A stretch of DNA of 63,956 nucleotides, filler included, from Octopus bimaculoides (taxonomy: Eukaryota): NCBI RefSeq assembly GCF_001194135.2. It is 7 parts of 6 records of this genome, joined end to end, with 100 filler letters (N's around TTAATTAATTAA, not from the genome) between each part and the next. Parts side by side here need not be neighbours in the genome. Positions count along the whole stretch, not along the records: positions 49,415 to 63,956 come from NC_068989.1; 6 more parts are not named here. One strand, written 5' to 3'. Below are positions 61,167 through 63,956 of this stretch, one piece after another (the first letter of the stretch is position 1; each line of letters opens with the position of its first letter). The notes under the pieces are model-generated. The model was not told where the DNA came from. It did not search any database and saw nothing but the letters and a program-made list of their open reading frames with translations. The translations under genes and the position numbers were made by a program.

Positions 61167-62384
61167 TATATATTATATATATGCATGTCTATATACATGT
61201 ATGCACATATGTGGGCGTGTGTATGCGCGCGCGCATATGAGTGTGTGGTGTTTGTGTGTACGTGTGCGGATATGTGTATAAGTGTGTCAACCTAGTCGCT
61301 TGATTGCCTCTGAAAGTAAAGCCTGAAGTAGTAGTTTTTGCTTTGCAAATATTATATATAAATTTTGGTTCATCCGGTGGGTGGAGTAATGTACTTACAA
61401 GGTAGGTGTGGTGTCATAGTGTTTATATGTGGTATATGAAATCTAACACCTGCTCTCATCCGCGTTGATATGGAGACCTGTGTAGTCGCAACGCTAAAAA
61501 CCAACAACTCATTTCCTACTCCAATTGGTTCATCTTAAGCAGAAGTGAGCCACCTAATTTCGATATAGTTTAAGTTCGCACACACCTTCCTGTACAATCC
61601 ATTTACTCTTATATAAATATACCCACAACACTTAAACGTTCCATTTCTTTCTTCACGTTACCATCCTTTACATGTTTAACGTCTTCATTTTCTTCTTCAC
61701 CTAGTTGTTGTTGTTGTATATGTTGTTGTTGTATATGATGTTGTTGTTATTGATGTTGTTGTACTTCTTATTGTTGTTCTTCCTCTTTGTCTTTTCGTTA
61801 TCCTCCTTCACTCGGTGTAATTATTTCTGCTCATCCAATTAAAGCGATTATAAAAAAAAGAATTCCTCTATATGTCAGAAAAATACATTGCTATGGCACC
61901 ACTTACTGTGCACGTACTTGATTCCATACAATAAATGAGCCCTGAAGTGTCTACAAGCTTTTAACCATCAAAAGTACTTTACAGTGAAACGACGGAGGTT
62001 GCTAAGCCGTAAAATCAAGTCCCGGATGTCATCGATAACGTTTTAATTTAAAAGAATAATGGAAACAAATTTAGCTTAAATGCATTGAGCGGTATTATGT
62101 ATATATATATATATNNNNNNNNNNNNNNNNNNNNNNNNNNNNNNNNNNNNNNNNNNNNNNNNNNNNNNNNNNNNNNNNNNNNNNNNNNNNNNNNNNNNNN
62201 NNNNNNNNNNNNNNNNNNNNNNNNNNNNNNNNNNNNNNNNNNNNNNNNNNNNNNNNNNNNNNNNNNNNNNNNNNNNNNNNNNNNNNNNNNNNNNNNNNNN
62301 NNNNNNNNNNNNNNNNNNNNNNNNNNNNNNNNNNNNNNNNNNNNNNNNNNNNNNNNNNNNNNNNNNNNNNNNNNNNNNNNNNNN

Positions 62385-62418
<34 letters not shown>

Positions 62419-63257
62419 TTGTGTGTGTATATTAGCATCTGCGTTCGTGTGCATGTGCAAAACATTTCTTGCATATAAAAGTATTTGCAAATTTCAGTGC
62501 TAAACTACCAAAGTTCCCAAAAGATAGTAATATAAGTTTTGATTTACCAAGCACAAGGAGTCACTGTATCTTAAAGATCTTTGCTTCGTTACAACATCCT
62601 AGATAGATTTAAACGATAAGAATCTCGCTTTAGGATTGTACTAAACTCTCCTTTCAAACAATCCTGATATGGAGTATCTCAAGAACCAAAGATTCTTGTC
62701 GATAAACGTCTTTCTAGATAATCGTAGACGTTTATTTGGTTGCAAAAGGCAAACGGAAATTTGTTTTCCATGACTTTTGTTATCTGTATATATTTTAGAT
62801 CAACAAAACAATCATTAGAAAAGGCAATTATCTTTATGCGAACAGATGTAAAGAAATATAAAATTACAACTAGATACATATATTTCATCAAAGTTGTTTG
62901 AAAGTCGTTATACTTTCAATTAGGTGACGGAACAACCCCTATTTTTTTTATTCAAAAGTAACTGACCTAAATATTACGCCCATTAAGGATTATCGTGTTA
63001 GTGGCGTAGCAAAGTTTCCGACCGGACGCTTCAGTAAAGGCAACGTAATACGGACTATGACAAACACCAGCATGTACGTTGGTCTCTCTGTACGAACAGC
63101 AAACACAACAAACTAAAATAACGACACTGCTAGCAACATTAATGCTTTAAGTGAAAATAAAAATGGTCGATATATAAAAACAATACTTGAATTGAATTCT
63201 TCCATTTAAATTGAAAACTGGATTGCACCAAGCTATATTTGTGCTTCTCTCTGTCTT

Positions 63258-63308
<51 letters not shown>

Positions 63309-63406
63309 ATCTATCTATCTATCCATCTCCGTCTGTGATAAATAGCTTATGTGTTTGGTGTATGTCTGCATATGTATCATGCAACCTATACTATCTGTAT
63401 CATATG

Positions 63407-63475
<69 letters not shown>

Positions 63476-63956
63476 TTATATAGATAGATAGATAGATATA
63501 TATATTTATAAATAAATATATTAGTATGTATGTGTGTATATATACATACATAAACACACATATATAAAGAAGAGATGTGTATATTTGTATATATATGTAT
63601 GTACAACAGCATACATCGTTCTGTTGTGTAATACCTTTCTTTCATGTCATGTTTACAATAAATATTTACACAGAAATACACATATGCACTAACATATATA
63701 TATATATATATATATATATAGAGTTATTAATATTTCTAAGTCTCTCTAAAGGAGACTACGGCAGCGGTACTGGAAATTAATAGTTATCGCCAAGCCAACA
63801 TGGCAGTCCCAAAATTAGGACGAACGCTGCCGTGAATTAGCTCCAAGAAGCCATCGCCTCTAGCTAGCTATGTGACACACGAACCTGTGTCCTTTATAAC
63901 CTTCGAACAGGGGAGGTCAGCAGTGTCCCCCTGCTGGTTTGGCATCTGCAGACTAG

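Noticed and set aside
61907-61950. HLLYGIKYVH resembling a kinase helix E
   Set aside because: No HRD or other kinase motifs follow, and there are in-frame stops on both sides.

Overview
Eukaryotic, AT-rich, gap-riddled draft sequence dominated by microsatellites and transposon debris. It is most likely an octopus genome; this is inferred from the SINE, RTE and Penelope families and the microsatellite load, not verified. Six identical 100-bp spacers (N44-TTAATTAATTAA-N44) show the window is an artificial join of seven segments: 1-14887, 14988-19288, 19389-31887, 31988-43144, 43245-46799, 46900-49314 and 49415-63956. Almost all long ORFs in the supplied track are artefacts of N runs and simple repeats. 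The only host gene I can support is a partial PTPDC1-like phosphatase on the minus strand of segment 4. It has four GT-AG exons (42795-42910, a 22-nt micro-exon at 40547-40568, 40052-40158 and 36927-37014) that splice in frame to 110 codons containing an intact HCHAGLGRT catalytic loop. Its introns hold mariner, DD37D Tc1/mariner, RTE and Penelope relics and a ~340-bp fold-back hairpin just upstream of the micro-exon. Other notable items are a 33-34-bp minisatellite array that flips orientation in the middle (47170-49314), a Penelope end followed by a tRNA-like Pol III promoter and a decayed hammerhead-ribozyme motif, further hammerhead-like motifs, several fold-back and MITE elements, and a CpG-decay signature concentrated in the gene-containing segment. 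No CRISPR, rRNA or genuine tRNA genes are supported. I found no clearly new multi-gene system.
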